NCBI GenBank assembly: GCA_038133485.1
Contig: JAYPTH010000002.1
Location: forward strand, 13,899 to 77,898
DNA: 64,000 nt
Reading direction: 5' to 3'
Origin: Gammaproteobacteria bacterium
Lineage (GTDB): Bacteria > Pseudomonadota > Gammaproteobacteria > Magnimaribacterales > TMED112
This document shows, piece by piece, positions 17,172 to 27,497 of this stretch. The notes beneath the pieces are model-generated. The model saw only the letters and a program-made list of their open reading frames with translations. It was not told where the DNA came from and made no database searches. Positions within the stretch are counted from its first letter, which is position 1. The number at the start of each line of letters is the position of its first letter. The position numbers were made by a program, and so were the translations under genes.

Positions 17172-18527
17172 ATGGAAGACTACTCCGGTTTTACTAATTC
17201 TGATGAAAGAGAGATCTTAAGTGTTACTGAGTTAAATAAAACAGTAAACGATTTTATGAATGAAGCATTTCCTCCGCTCTGGGTGGTGGGAGAAATTTCA
17301 AATTTTAAAGAGTATGGCTCATCAGGACATTGGTATTTCTCTATCAAGGATTCTGAATCGATATTAAATTGCTCTATGTTTAGACTACAAAACATTAACC
17401 TTGGATTTAAACCCAATGAAGGTGACCAAGTTATTTTGCAGGGCAAATTATCCGTTTGGCATAAAACAGGTCGCTATCAAATGATAGTCAATAAAATGGA
17501 GCTTGCAGGATATGGTGAGCTTTTAAGAAAATTTGAACTGTTAAAAAATAAACTTAACAGTGAGGGTTTATTCCAAATAAAAACTGCAGAACAGGTTCCA
17601 CAAATAATTAATAAGGTTGCAATTTTAACATCCCCACATGGAGCTGCTGTGAGAGATGTTATTTCAACACTTCAAAGAAAAGCTCCACACATTGAAGCAA
17701 CAATATTGCCTACGGCTGTTCAAGGCGAAAGTTCTATTAACTCAATAAAGAAATCTCTAGAAGATGTAGAAAAACTACAGCAGAAATATTCTTATGATGC
17801 CTTAATAATTTGTAGAGGTGGTGGATCAATAGAGGATCTATGGAGTTTCAATGATGAGAGTTTGTGCAGACATGTTGCACAAATGTCTATTCCCGTAATC
17901 AGTGGTATTGGGCATGAAACAGATTTCACATTGATGGATTTTGTTGCAAATATTAGAGCTGCTACCCCCACTGCAGCTGCAGAAATTACAAGCAATGGAG
18001 CATCACAATTAAAAAACCATTTTGCCAATACATTCAATGAATTAATTAAAGTTTTTAAAATGCAGATTAATAAACTTAAAGAGAGGGTTGAGTTAAATAA
18101 AAAACTTTTAAGATCGCCTCAACAAAAAGTCTATGACCAATATCAGAAACTAGATCAAAAATCTGAGCAACTTTCCTTTGTAGTAAGAAATATTTTAGAG
18201 AAGAATATTGGCAAATTTAACTTTGTTTTTTCAAGTCTTAATGCCAGAAATCCTAACAAGAGCATTCAACAATTTTCTAAAGAACTTGAAAATACTAGGA
18301 TAATTATCTGTAGAATCTTTAAAAACAATCTAACTAGAAGATCTCTACATATTTCCTCTTTGAATGAACAATTAACTAACCTTAATCCATCAAATATTTT
18401 AGAAAGAGGATATTCAATTACTTATAATGCCAATGGCAAAATTGTAAAAGATATCAGGAGTATTAAGAAAGGGGACAAGATATTAACTCAACTTAAGTCA
18501 GGCAAAATAGAATCAAAAGTTACTTAA
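17172..18527 (+). CDS. xseA: Exodeoxyribonuclease VII large subunit
   Basis: 451 aa. N-terminal OB-fold region SVTELN..WVVGEISNFK..SGHWYFSIKD, catalytic region RGGGSIEDLW, and a long coiled-coil C-terminus. Confidence 0.9.
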   Translation: MEDYSGFTNSDEREILSVTELNKTVNDFMNEAFPPLWVVGEISNFKEYGSSGHWYFSIKDSESILNCSMFRLQNINLGFKPNEGDQVILQGKLSVWHKTGRYQMIVNKMELAGYGELLRKFELLKNKLNSEGLFQIKTAEQVPQIINKVAILTSPHGAAVRDVISTLQRKAPHIEATILPTAVQGESSINSIKKSLEDVEKLQQKYSYDALIICRGGGSIEDLWSFNDESLCRHVAQMSIPVISGIGHETDFTLMDFVANIRAATPTAAAEITSNGASQLKNHFANTFNELIKVFKMQINKLKERVELNKKLLRSPQQKVYDQYQKLDQKSEQLSFVVRNILEKNIGKFNFVFSSLNARNPNKSIQQFSKELENTRIIICRIFKNNLTRRSLHISSLNEQLTNLNPSNILERGYSITYNANGKIVKDIRSIKKGDKILTQLKSGKIESKVT

Positions 18528-18958
18528 TGATTGCTGGCGAGTTCTTTTAGTTTTTCCAAAGTCAGTGGATAGGAAACAGCATCTTTGACCTGACCATTTT
18601 TAATTATATAAGTTGTAGGAACACTTTCTGGTAATTCAATTCCCCATAATTGTCTTGGATCTGAAGATAAATTTTGAAATTGAATATCAAATTTATCCAT
18701 CAATTGATTTACTTCTTTATCTGAAAGAATATCAAATTGATCAAAATGAAAACCAATCACACTAATATTCTGATCTTTATCTATCTCGTTAAAATACGGA
18801 AATTCAACAATACATGGAGGACACCAATCAGCCCATATATTTAAAAAAATTACCTGATCTTGGTAGTCTCTGAAGCTACCACCACTGCCATCGGTAAATA
18901 AAAAATCAGACCTTTCACAAGATAATAAGACTAGAGCTAGCAAAAGAACTTTTTTCAT
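18524..18958 (-). CDS. TlpA-like thioredoxin-fold lipoprotein (thiol:disulfide oxidoreductase)
   Basis: 144 aa. Signal peptide with lipobox LLSC and a WCPPC active site. Confidence 0.7.
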   Translation of the reverse strand: MKKVLLLALVLLSCERSDFLFTDGSGGSFRDYQDQVIFLNIWADWCPPCIVEFPYFNEIDKDQNISVIGFHFDQFDILSDKEVNQLMDKFDIQFQNLSSDPRQLWGIELPESVPTTYIIKNGQVKDAVSYPLTLEKLKELASNH

Positions 18959-19074
18959 AACACAACTTCTACTTTATATGTCTTTTTATAAGCATTACAA
19001 TTGCTTTTTAACGGCTGTGAAACTTTTTTTCCTGCAGCCAAGTATATTAACTATAAAAACAAACATAAGGATTT

Positions 19075-20919
19075 ATGAATAATCAATTTTTTTCAAAGCT
19101 TGGAAAAGCGATTGGCACAGGCTGGTCCTATATAACAATAGGGCGAGATTATTTTTGGAAAGCAGTTAGGTTTACCTTTGCCACAGGTATATTTCTTATT
19201 GTGGCTGTTTCAGTTCTTAATGGATTGATCAGTCCATTATGGAGTGGTTCAGATAAGGTTGATCCTACTGGAAAAGTCGTTGTATTCAAACCTAGTGGAG
19301 TGATCGTAGATCAAGAACCTAGCACTCCTGAAAGGGAATGGTTTGAAGAAGCTTTAGAGGAATCTTTTGGTCAAACAAGTGAAATGAGAGTGTATCAATT
19401 CAGAGATATGATTCAGTTTTTTGAAGATTTTAAGAATGATGACAATGTCAATGCTATGATTTTTGACCCTTCAAGACTTTCAGTCCCTATCCCTTATGTT
19501 TTAACAATTGCAGAGAAAATTAAAGAAGCAGTAGATAATGGCAAGGAAATTATAGTAAGAAGTAATTTTCTCAATGATGGTAGTTATGTTTTAGCATCTG
19601 CCGGTTCTGAAATCAGTTCTCAAACTTATGCATTTATTGCAATCAACGGATTTGGTGGCCCAAGAGAATATTACAAAAACTTTTTTGAAAAATTTTTAAT
19701 CACCCCAAGAATTTTTGCTGCAGGTGACTTTAAAACTGGTCCCGAGCAATTTACTAGAGATTCTATGAGTGATGAGGCAAAAGTTAATCTTGAGTTTTAT
19801 GAGCCTCTCTGGAATAAATTTAAAGCCTTTGTTCAAACCCAAAGAGATGTAGATTTACAGTGGATAGCTGATGAATCATGGCAAGAGCTTGTCAATAATG
19901 AAGTTGATGAATGGACCGCTGCATTAGAGTGGGGTTTGGTTGACGTAATAGAAGAAAATGATGATTTTGATGAGAGAATGAAGGAAAAATTTGGCACTCT
20001 TGATGATGAAGAAGAGGAGCTGAATGCAATTTATTATAGAGACTATCTAGAATCGCTACCAAAAAATAAACCTTCAAAATCTGACAATAGCGTTAAAGTT
20101 GTCACTGTAGAAGGCGCCATAATGGAAGGTGATGTTATGCTTGGAGCTGCTGGCTCAAATGGTATTGTTGAAATGCTTAAAGATGCTCATGAGGATGAAG
20201 ATACTAAAGCAATAGTGTTAAGAGTAAATTCTCCAGGAGGATCAGTTGTAGCCTCAGACTATATACGATGGGAAATTGAAAAAGCACAAGAGAAAGGTAT
20301 ACCAGTTGTTGTCTCTATGGGTTCATTAGCTGCATCAGGTGGATACTGGATTTCATCTCTAGCAGACAAAATCTATGCTGAAAGAGACACTATTACAGGA
20401 TCTATAGGTGTCTTTGGAACTATGTTTTCCGTTGAAAAAATTTATGAATGGATGGGCATTGGCATTGATGGTTATTCAACCACAAGATGGGGAGCTTTTG
20501 ATATGGCGCGACAAGATTGGCCGCAAGATTTTGAAGATACTGTCAGATCTGGCATCAATTCGATCTACGTAAAATTTACAACACAAACATCTATTGATAG
20601 AAATATTCCATTAGAAACAGTAAAAGAGATAGCTAAAGGGAGAGTTTACTCAGGAGAACGTGCTCTTGAATTGGGTCTTGTTGATGAAATAGGTAAGCTG
20701 GAAGATGCAATTTCATATGCTGCGAATCTTGCTGGACTTGAAGAGTATAAGACTGACTACATTAGGCCTCCTGCCCCATCAGGCAGTGGGCTTGCATTTG
20801 CCATTTCATCTGGCATAAATTTTGTAAAATCTCTCGTTTTTGGGCCTAATAAATCAATTCAACAGACCATTACAGATAACATGCATGTTTATTGTTATAA
20901 CTGTGTGTATATAGATTAA
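19075..20919 (+). CDS. sppA: Signal peptide peptidase SppA, 67K type
   Basis: 614 aa. N-terminal TM anchor and a duplicated ClpP/crotonase-like fold. The catalytic region reads VNSPGGSV..MGSLAASGGYW. Confidence 0.85.
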   Translation: MNNQFFSKLGKAIGTGWSYITIGRDYFWKAVRFTFATGIFLIVAVSVLNGLISPLWSGSDKVDPTGKVVVFKPSGVIVDQEPSTPEREWFEEALEESFGQTSEMRVYQFRDMIQFFEDFKNDDNVNAMIFDPSRLSVPIPYVLTIAEKIKEAVDNGKEIIVRSNFLNDGSYVLASAGSEISSQTYAFIAINGFGGPREYYKNFFEKFLITPRIFAAGDFKTGPEQFTRDSMSDEAKVNLEFYEPLWNKFKAFVQTQRDVDLQWIADESWQELVNNEVDEWTAALEWGLVDVIEENDDFDERMKEKFGTLDDEEEELNAIYYRDYLESLPKNKPSKSDNSVKVVTVEGAIMEGDVMLGAAGSNGIVEMLKDAHEDEDTKAIVLRVNSPGGSVVASDYIRWEIEKAQEKGIPVVVSMGSLAASGGYWISSLADKIYAERDTITGSIGVFGTMFSVEKIYEWMGIGIDGYSTTRWGAFDMARQDWPQDFEDTVRSGINSIYVKFTTQTSIDRNIPLETVKEIAKGRVYSGERALELGLVDEIGKLEDAISYAANLAGLEEYKTDYIRPPAPSGSGLAFAISSGINFVKSLVFGPNKSIQQTITDNMHVYCYNCVYID

Positions 20920-21623
20920 TTTTGAAAATTTCTTAAAAAGCTAGCAACCGTCTTTTTAGACGGTTGTTTTTTTTCAGCATAAAGAAACTTATCAAAATCT
21001 ATTAAAAATCTTTTCATATATGAGAAATCTCTTTTTACTCTTGTAGCTAAAAAATTAAAAATCTCATAGTTAAGGTTTAGATCCAATTTCTTAGATATAA
21101 ATTCGAGCACATGAATAACTTCATCATCAGCAATCATATGTAGAGTAAAAAATTTCATGTGTTGTAATCTTGATTTTAAATCCGCGAAGACAACGACCTC
21201 GCTTATATGTTTTTTGCTGGTAATAATGAGTTTGGTATCACTGTATTTAGTTTCATTTATGAGATTGAAAATACTAAGCTGAAGATCTTCATTGCATTGA
21301 TCGATGTTATCAAGACAGATCAGAGATTGTTCTGTTAGGTGATCAAAAATTCTTTTATCTGAAATAATATTGCCCAGATCAATATAAATGCCAGATTGCA
21401 ACTTATCGGAAGTAGCATTCAATATTGAATTTAGCAAAAAAGTTTTACCAGAAGAATTATCACCGTATATAAAAATCTCCTGTTTTTCATCACTCGCTAC
21501 AAATTGAGCAATCTCTGATTCAATAATTTTATTTTTTTGAGTGAAAAAAAAGTTATCCAATCTTGCGTCAAAATCTCTACCAAAATCAAAAAAATATTGG
21601 TTTTTAGAGGTTATATCAGTCAT
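20916..21623 (-). CDS. hda: DnaA regulatory inactivator Hda (DnaA-related AAA+ protein)
   Basis: 235 aa. Walker A-like YGDNSSGKTFLL. The size and the position next to DUF2066 and divergent purMN match the Pseudomonas arrangement as I remember it. Confidence 0.7.
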   Translation of the reverse strand: MTDITSKNQYFFDFGRDFDARLDNFFFTQKNKIIESEIAQFVASDEKQEIFIYGDNSSGKTFLLNSILNATSDKLQSGIYIDLGNIISDKRIFDHLTEQSLICLDNIDQCNEDLQLSIFNLINETKYSDTKLIITSKKHISEVVVFADLKSRLQHMKFFTLHMIADDEVIHVLEFISKKLDLNLNYEIFNFLATRVKRDFSYMKRFLIDFDKFLYAEKKQPSKKTVASFLRNFQN

Positions 21624-22555
21624 CTTTCAAAATTAAACCCTTTATCACTTAGCAATTTAAGCACTTCTGACTCAGTAAGATAACTTTCATAGCTTATCTC
21701 TATGTAGTCAGATGCAACAGAGGAAACATAGAAGCTTAGAATTTCTGAACTTGATGAAAATATCTCAAGTAAGTTAGTTACCTGTATTTTTGGTATATCA
21801 AAATTAAACTTTGTCACGTGCAATCTCTTAGCTAAAGTAGCTTGCTCTTTTGCTGAATAAAACAAATTTCTAGATAGAATCGATTCGAAGTTTAAACCCT
21901 CACTTATAGATATCTCTTTAGATTTTGGAAATTTAATTGACCATTTATCTAAATCAAATCTATCTATCAGCATCAAGTTCCAGTTGTCCTGATGTCGATT
22001 TTCAAGAGAATCAAGTAGACTATTTTCTTCTTCAATATCAAAGGGGTAGTTTGAGAGCAGCTCAAAACCAATATCTACATTCTGGTTTAAATTTCCAAGG
22101 AGCTTAGCAACTTCTATTTCATTTTGAAATTCAAGACTCTCAAATACTAAGAGATTATTAAGTGGGAAGAATGCATCATTAATTGCAACATAAACTTTTA
22201 TGCTCGATTGATTTGCTAAAAAAGGGATAGAGTTATCAATGAAAAATTTTTCTATTCTCTGTTTATTAAACTTCAGCTCTATAAGTTTCGTTCCGTCAAA
22301 ATTTCTTACCTGATATCCTATGAAGAAACGCTGCGAATTTAGCGGATTTTTTTCATTTAACGTTTCTTGATTTACACCATATTTTTTATAAATCTTTTCA
22401 TCAGCTGTCTGTATGATTTCTTCAATATTTGCTAATTCTTGGTAATCTTCATAGATAAGTAAAAAGTTATTCGATGCTTGGCCATAACAATTAGAACTAA
22501 TGAAGATAAATGAAAGTGCAAATATTAAAAACCTTGTTAAACTCATAACATTCAT
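21620..22555 (-). CDS. Secreted DUF2066-like protein
   Basis: 311 aa with signal peptide MNVMSLTRFLIFALSFIFISSNCYG. The call rests mainly on the conserved position between hda and purM, not on a motif. Confidence 0.5.
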   Translation of the reverse strand: MNVMSLTRFLIFALSFIFISSNCYGQASNNFLLIYEDYQELANIEEIIQTADEKIYKKYGVNQETLNEKNPLNSQRFFIGYQVRNFDGTKLIELKFNKQRIEKFFIDNSIPFLANQSSIKVYVAINDAFFPLNNLLVFESLEFQNEIEVAKLLGNLNQNVDIGFELLSNYPFDIEEENSLLDSLENRHQDNWNLMLIDRFDLDKWSIKFPKSKEISISEGLNFESILSRNLFYSAKEQATLAKRLHVTKFNFDIPKIQVTNLLEIFSSSSEILSFYVSSVASDYIEISYESYLTESEVLKLLSDKGFNFER

Positions 22556-22575
22556 AAAGAAAGATTAACTATTTT

Positions 22576-23568
22576 ATGACAAAAAAGGGACATAACTACA
22601 AAGATTCAGGCGTGAATATTGATGAAGGCCAAAACTTTGTAAAAGACATACAAGCGTCAACATCAAACATTAAAGCCAGATATGCATTGAATGGCATAGG
22701 GTCATTTTCTGGCTATATAAAAGCTCCAAGTAATTATAAAAATCCAGTTTTTGCCTTAGCTTGTGATGGGGTTGGGACTAAACTAAATCTGGCTACACAA
22801 CATGGAAACCTCTCTTCTATTGGAATTGACTTAGTCGCTATGTGTGTAAATGATTTAATTGTAAGTGGTGCAAAACCACTTGCATTTCTTGATTATTATG
22901 GGGTGTCAAAACTCGATAGAGAAAAGGGTAAAGAAGTAATATCAGGCATCTTAAAGGGTTGCGAAATATCACAATGTGATTTAATTGGAGGAGAAACTGC
23001 TGAAATGCCAAATCATTATGCACCTAACTGCTTTGATCTTGTTGGTTTTGCTATGGGCATTAATGAAGAAGATAGGATAATTGATGGTTCATTAGTCTCA
23101 ATAGGAGATAAAATCATTGGCATACCCTCAAGTGGTTTTCATTCAAATGGCTTTTCACTTATAAATAATATTTTAGCTAGCTCTCATCCTGAAGATGATT
23201 TAGTTGCTGAACTTCTTGCTCCTACAAGAATATATGTCAAAGCAATTCTGGAACTGATCAAGAAGTTTAAAATCAATGGAATGGCACATATTACCGGCGG
23301 TGGTCTAGATGAGAATCTAAGCAGAATACCGACCAAAAATACTATAATTGTAGATAGCTCTAACTGGAAAATGCCATCAATATTCCAAAAGATTCAGAAA
23401 CTAGGAAAAATTTCCAATGATGAAATGTATAAAGTTTTTAATTGTGGAATTGGGTTCTGCTTGATAGCTGATGAGGCAGAATCTAAGAAAATCTTAAATG
23501 AAAATCATGATTTTATTGAAATTGGATATGTCGACATGCCTTCCGAAAAAAAGTTTCTTCTAAAGTGA
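22576..23568 (+). CDS. purM: Phosphoribosylformylglycinamidine cyclo-ligase (AIR synthetase)
   Basis: 330 aa. Motifs CDGVGTK, DYYG, GGETAEMP and AHITGGG. Confidence 0.95.
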   Translation: MTKKGHNYKDSGVNIDEGQNFVKDIQASTSNIKARYALNGIGSFSGYIKAPSNYKNPVFALACDGVGTKLNLATQHGNLSSIGIDLVAMCVNDLIVSGAKPLAFLDYYGVSKLDREKGKEVISGILKGCEISQCDLIGGETAEMPNHYAPNCFDLVGFAMGINEEDRIIDGSLVSIGDKIIGIPSSGFHSNGFSLINNILASSHPEDDLVAELLAPTRIYVKAILELIKKFKINGMAHITGGGLDENLSRIPTKNTIIVDSSNWKMPSIFQKIQKLGKISNDEMYKVFNCGIGFCLIADEAESKKILNENHDFIEIGYVDMPSEKKFLLK

Positions 23569-24119
23569 AAGTAATAGTCTTCTTCTCGGGTTCTGGAACA
23601 AATCTTAAATCTATAATAGAAAAACAAAGTGATTATGGCTATCAAGTCATTGGTGCGTTTTGCAATAACCCTGATGCAAATGGCATAAATATCTGTAATG
23701 AAAAGAATATTGAATGTTATGTTCTAGATAATAAGCTCTATAGCAATAGAGATGAGTATGATGAGAAAATAAATATATATCTAGAATCTAAGGACTTTGA
23801 TTATGTCATTCTTGCAGGATATATGAGAATACTTACGAATACTTTAGTCAAAAATTGGGAGGGCCAAATTATAAATATACATCCGTCACTTTTACCTAAA
23901 TATCCAGGACTAGATACGCACAAAAGAGCTTTAGAAAATAAGGATGAGGTTCACGGCACAACAATACATTTTGTAACAGAAGAGCTTGATGCTGGACCAA
24001 TCATTAGGCAAGAAATGATTAAAATTGAACCCAATGAAACGGTTTCCAGTCTAACTGATAAAATCAAAAAAATAGAAAATGAAATCTATCCAGAAACAAT
24101 AGGATCCTTAAATCTATGA
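23565..24119 (+). CDS. purN: Phosphoribosylglycinamide formyltransferase
   Basis: 184 aa. Motifs FSGSGTNL, LAGYMRIL, INIHPSLLPKYPG and HGTTIHFV..LDAGPII. 4-nt overlap with purM. Confidence 0.93.
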   Translation: MKVIVFFSGSGTNLKSIIEKQSDYGYQVIGAFCNNPDANGINICNEKNIECYVLDNKLYSNRDEYDEKINIYLESKDFDYVILAGYMRILTNTLVKNWEGQIINIHPSLLPKYPGLDTHKRALENKDEVHGTTIHFVTEELDAGPIIRQEMIKIEPNETVSSLTDKIKKIENEIYPETIGSLNL

Positions 24120-24790
24120 GAATAGTAATTTTTCTTTTCACTTCTTTTTTAATAAACGCAGAAAACTTTAAGAGTTTTGAGGCAGAATTTACCTTTAATC
24201 ATTTTGAATTTGGGAAATTTAAAATGAATAGAAAATTTGAAGTAACTGACGAATATATCTATTCATCATTTAAATTGAGACCTCTGCTAATTTTTGAATA
24301 CTCGCAAAAATCTTCACTCAAATTAAATTCTTATCAGGTGCTCTCAAATAGAACTGAAGTAAAAAACAATGTGCCAGGAGTTGACCCAAGTTTCTTTGCT
24401 GTAGATTTCAGTGAAAATGCTGCATATTCAAAAGAGCTAAATTTTAATATCTCAGGCTCACAACCAATTCTTGATCAGCTTGGTAGTGATCTTCAAATGA
24501 GAGTTAATGCAAAAAATAAAATACAAAACTTCACTCTAGAAGTAATTGATAACGATAAAGGTAATGTTGTAAGTAGAAATTATGTTAACGAAGGTTTTGA
24601 GGAAGTTGAAACAAGCTTTGGGGTGTTTAACTGCATTAAAATTTCAGCTACGGCAGAGGATGCCGGAAAAATAATCTACTATCTAGCTCCAGAGCTAGAT
24701 TACTTAATTATTAAAAGTTTAGTTGAACTCAGAAATGGAAAGATTAACACCTTAACTATCAACAAAAGACCTAAGTTTTCGGCAAAGTAA
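24116..24790 (+). CDS. DUF3108-like secreted protein
   Basis: 224 aa with a signal peptide and a beta-rich sequence. The call rests on the conserved position after purN seen in Pseudomonas-type genomes, recalled from memory. Confidence 0.45.
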   Translation: MRIVIFLFTSFLINAENFKSFEAEFTFNHFEFGKFKMNRKFEVTDEYIYSSFKLRPLLIFEYSQKSSLKLNSYQVLSNRTEVKNNVPGVDPSFFAVDFSENAAYSKELNFNISGSQPILDQLGSDLQMRVNAKNKIQNFTLEVIDNDKGNVVSRNYVNEGFEEVETSFGVFNCIKISATAEDAGKIIYYLAPELDYLIIKSLVELRNGKINTLTINKRPKFSAK

Positions 24791-25337
24791 CACCTGTCTG
24801 ACCTTGGTATTTGCCGCCCCGGTCACGATAACTAGTTTCGCATACCTGATCAGACTCAAAGAAAATCATCTGGGCAACACCTTCATTTGCATAAATCTTT
24901 GCTGGAAGGTTTGTGGTATTTGAAAATTCCAATGTAACATGCCCTTCCCACTCCGGTTCCAATGGAGTTACATTTACTATGATGCCACAACGTGCATAAG
25001 TTGATTTTCCAAGACACAAAGTCAGTACAGACCTAGGAATCTTGAAGTACTCTATTGTCCTTGCTAATGCAAACGAATTTGGAGGGATTATGCATTCATT
25101 GGATTTTATGTCTACAAAACTATTTTTATCAAAGTTTTTTGGGTCAACAACTGATGAGAATGTATTTGTAAAAATTTTGAATTCATCAGCACACCTAACA
25201 TCATAACCATAACTGGAAACACCATAAGAGATTATCCTTTCACCATCAATCTCACGCATTTGGGTCTCTTGAAATGGTTTGATAAGGTCATTATTAAGTG
25301 ACTGTTCCTTGATCCAAATATCTGATTTAATGCTCAT
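24771..25337 (-). CDS. dcd: dCTP deaminase
   Basis: 188 aa. Motifs [18 protein letters not shown] and [12 protein letters not shown]. Confidence 0.93.
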   Translation of the reverse strand: MSIKSDIWIKEQSLNNDLIKPFQETQMREIDGERIISYGVSSYGYDVRCADEFKIFTNTFSSVVDPKNFDKNSFVDIKSNECIIPPNSFALARTIEYFKIPRSVLTLCLGKSTYARCGIIVNVTPLEPEWEGHVTLEFSNTTNLPAKIYANEGVAQMIFFESDQVCETSYRDRGGKYQGQTGVTLPKT

Positions 25338-25939
25338 TACTCTATCTCTCTTCTTCCAGAAATTGCTCTACCTAAGGTAGTGTTATCAACATACTCTAAT
25401 TCACCACCCATTGGAACTCCATATGCAATCCTTGTCACTATAATTTCATCGCTTTTGACATTATCTTTAATGTAAAAAGATGTTGCATCTCCCTCGACAG
25501 TTGAGCTGGTAGCTAAGATGATTTCTTTAATATTTCCAGACTTAATTAGATCAAGCAGTTTTGGAACGCCAAGCTCACTGGGGCCCACTCCATCAATTGG
25601 AGAAAGCCTTCCCATTAGAACAAAATACCTGCCTCGGTAGCTTCCAGATTTCTCAATAGCAATAACATCACTAGGGTTTTCCACTACACATATTATTTCT
25701 TGATCCCTTTTTTCACTTGAGCAGATTCTGCATATTCTATTTTCAGTCAGGTCTCTGCAGATTTCGCAATTACTTATTTCTATAACTGATTGATTAATTA
25801 AGCCGGCTAGTTTTTTGGCGCCCTCTCTATTCTTTTCTAGCAAGTGAAAGGCCATTCTTTGTGCAGTCTTTTCACCAACACCAGGTAGCACTTTAAAAGC
25901 AGAAACTAATTCAAACAACAACCCCTCGTTACTCTTCAT
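25337..25939 (-). CDS. recR: Recombination protein RecR
   Basis: HhH motif [14 protein letters not shown], a C4 zinc finger CEICRD..CRICS, and Toprim [18 protein letters not shown] prefer the ATG at 25939 (MKSNEGLL) over the track start at 25951, by N-terminal length comparison with E. coli RecR. Confidence 0.92.
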   Translation of the reverse strand: MKSNEGLLFELVSAFKVLPGVGEKTAQRMAFHLLEKNREGAKKLAGLINQSVIEISNCEICRDLTENRICRICSSEKRDQEIICVVENPSDVIAIEKSGSYRGRYFVLMGRLSPIDGVGPSELGVPKLLDLIKSGNIKEIILATSSTVEGDATSFYIKDNVKSDEIIVTRIAYGVPMGGELEYVDNTTLGRAISGRREIE

Positions 25940-27497
25940 GATCGTTAACAATTAAATTGCTTTCGTTAATATTTGCACCATAAGTGTTATTTAGATTCTT
26001 AATGAGGTCGCTTTCTAAAATTTCTTTTTTAAAATCTGCTACCTCTTTTAATCTTGATTTTTCCCAATTTGAAGATGGTGTTACTTTTACCTCAACATCT
26101 TCAACTATTTCGATAATATAATCTGGATGACCTAGTTTCTTCAATGCGCTAACTAAATCACTTATGTTGCTATCATTTATAGCGCTTGCAAAAGTGCTGG
26201 ATCCTTTAAAAACTAATAATGAATCTGAAGCTGAAGTTAATTCCATATTGGCAAACAATGCTCTGGATGCTCCTCTTAAATCAAGACCATCAAATACATC
26301 GAGCCAGCTATCTGGAGAAAGATTTTTTAAGCTTCTATCATCTGGTTCATTAACCTTGAGATCTATATCATCGTGTCTTGTCTCAGTGGCCTTTTCTTCT
26401 TTTTCTTGGCTTGATTTAGGCTCTATAGATAAAGTTTCTTCTCTAGGCTTTTTTTTTACAGGAGCCTTGTCTGATATTTTGAAAGTAAGGCATCTGAGAG
26501 CAGCAATATCAAAACAATCTCTATAATTGCCAGTTTGCTTTGCATCAATTAATCCATTACAAAAGAATTGATAATACAAATTAAGATCATCACAATCTTC
26601 ATTTCTAGATACTGCATTAATTATGCTGTCATGAATCAATTTTAGCGTTCTATCGAAAAGTATTTCATAATTCACATCTAGTTCCGAATACCTTTTTAAA
26701 TCCTCAATAATTTTTTCACTATCATTTCTCAAGATCATCTCAAATAAATTAACTGTAGAGGAAATATCTAGCACCCCATGAAGCTTTGAAACTTCTGCTT
26801 CTGTAAGATTATTATCACAATGTGATGCTGCTTGATCAGCCATAGTGAGTGAATCTCTAACTGATCCCTTAGCCAATTCAACCAACAGATCATAAGACTT
26901 ATTATCAGAATTAATGCCTTCTAGCTCAAAAATTTTCTTTAAGTTTTTTGCTATGAGCTCATCTGGCACAAGCTTTAAATTAAATTGCAGACATCTAGAA
27001 ACAATCGTTTTTGGTATCTTATGAGATTCTGTTGTAGCCAAAATAAACACAACATGTGATGGGGGTTCTTCTAAAGTTTTAAGAAGTGCATTAAAACTTT
27101 GAATTGACAGCATATGAACTTCATCAATTAGATAGATTTTATATTTTCCACTTGATGGGCGATATTGCACAGACTCAAGTAAATCTCTCATATCATCAAC
27201 CCCTGTCCTTGAGGCAGCATCAATTTCGATTAAATCAAGATGGGCGTTTTTCTGGATTTCCTCACAAACACTGCAAACACCGCACGTCTCCCCCTTCTCA
27301 TTATCATAATTTGTGCAGTTTAGTGCTTTAGCGAACAATCTTCCAAGCGTAGTCTTCCCAACTCCTCTGGTGCCAGAAAATATATATCCATTATGAAAGT
27401 TTTGGTTTTTTATGATATTTCTTAGTGCGTTTACTGTTGTTTCTTGTCCAATTACCTCTGAAAAACTTGTTGGTCTGTATTTATTTGCTAATGCCAT
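25929..27497 (-). CDS. dnaX: DNA polymerase III subunit tau (full-length dnaX product)
   Basis: 522 aa. Motifs KYRP..F.EVIGQ, Walker A GTRGVGKTT, a zinc module CxxC..CGVCSVC, DEVHML, and sensor SRC. Confidence 0.94.
   Translation of the reverse strand: MALANKYRPTSFSEVIGQETTVNALRNIIKNQNFHNGYIFSGTRGVGKTTLGRLFAKALNCTNYDNEKGETCGVCSVCEEIQKNAHLDLIEIDAASRTGVDDMRDLLESVQYRPSSGKYKIYLIDEVHMLSIQSFNALLKTLEEPPSHVVFILATTESHKIPKTIVSRCLQFNLKLVPDELIAKNLKKIFELEGINSDNKSYDLLVELAKGSVRDSLTMADQAASHCDNNLTEAEVSKLHGVLDISSTVNLFEMILRNDSEKIIEDLKRYSELDVNYEILFDRTLKLIHDSIINAVSRNEDCDDLNLYYQFFCNGLIDAKQTGNYRDCFDIAALRCLTFKISDKAPVKKKPREETLSIEPKSSQEKEEKATETRHDDIDLKVNEPDDRSLKNLSPDSWLDVFDGLDLRGASRALFANMELTSASDSLLVFKGSSTFASAINDSNISDLVSALKKLGHPDYIIEIVEDVEVKVTPSSNWEKSRLKEVADFKKEILESDLIKNLNNTYGANINESNLIVNDHEE
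26443..26457 (-). other. Candidate dnaX recoding site: A9 run containing A-AAA-AAG, with a -1 frame stop one codon later
   Basis: Minus-strand codons 347-351 are GTA AAA AAA AAG CCT (plus-strand T9 at 26449-26457). The -1 frame continues GCC TAG. The +1 frame reaches TAG after 7 codons. Confidence 0.5.
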
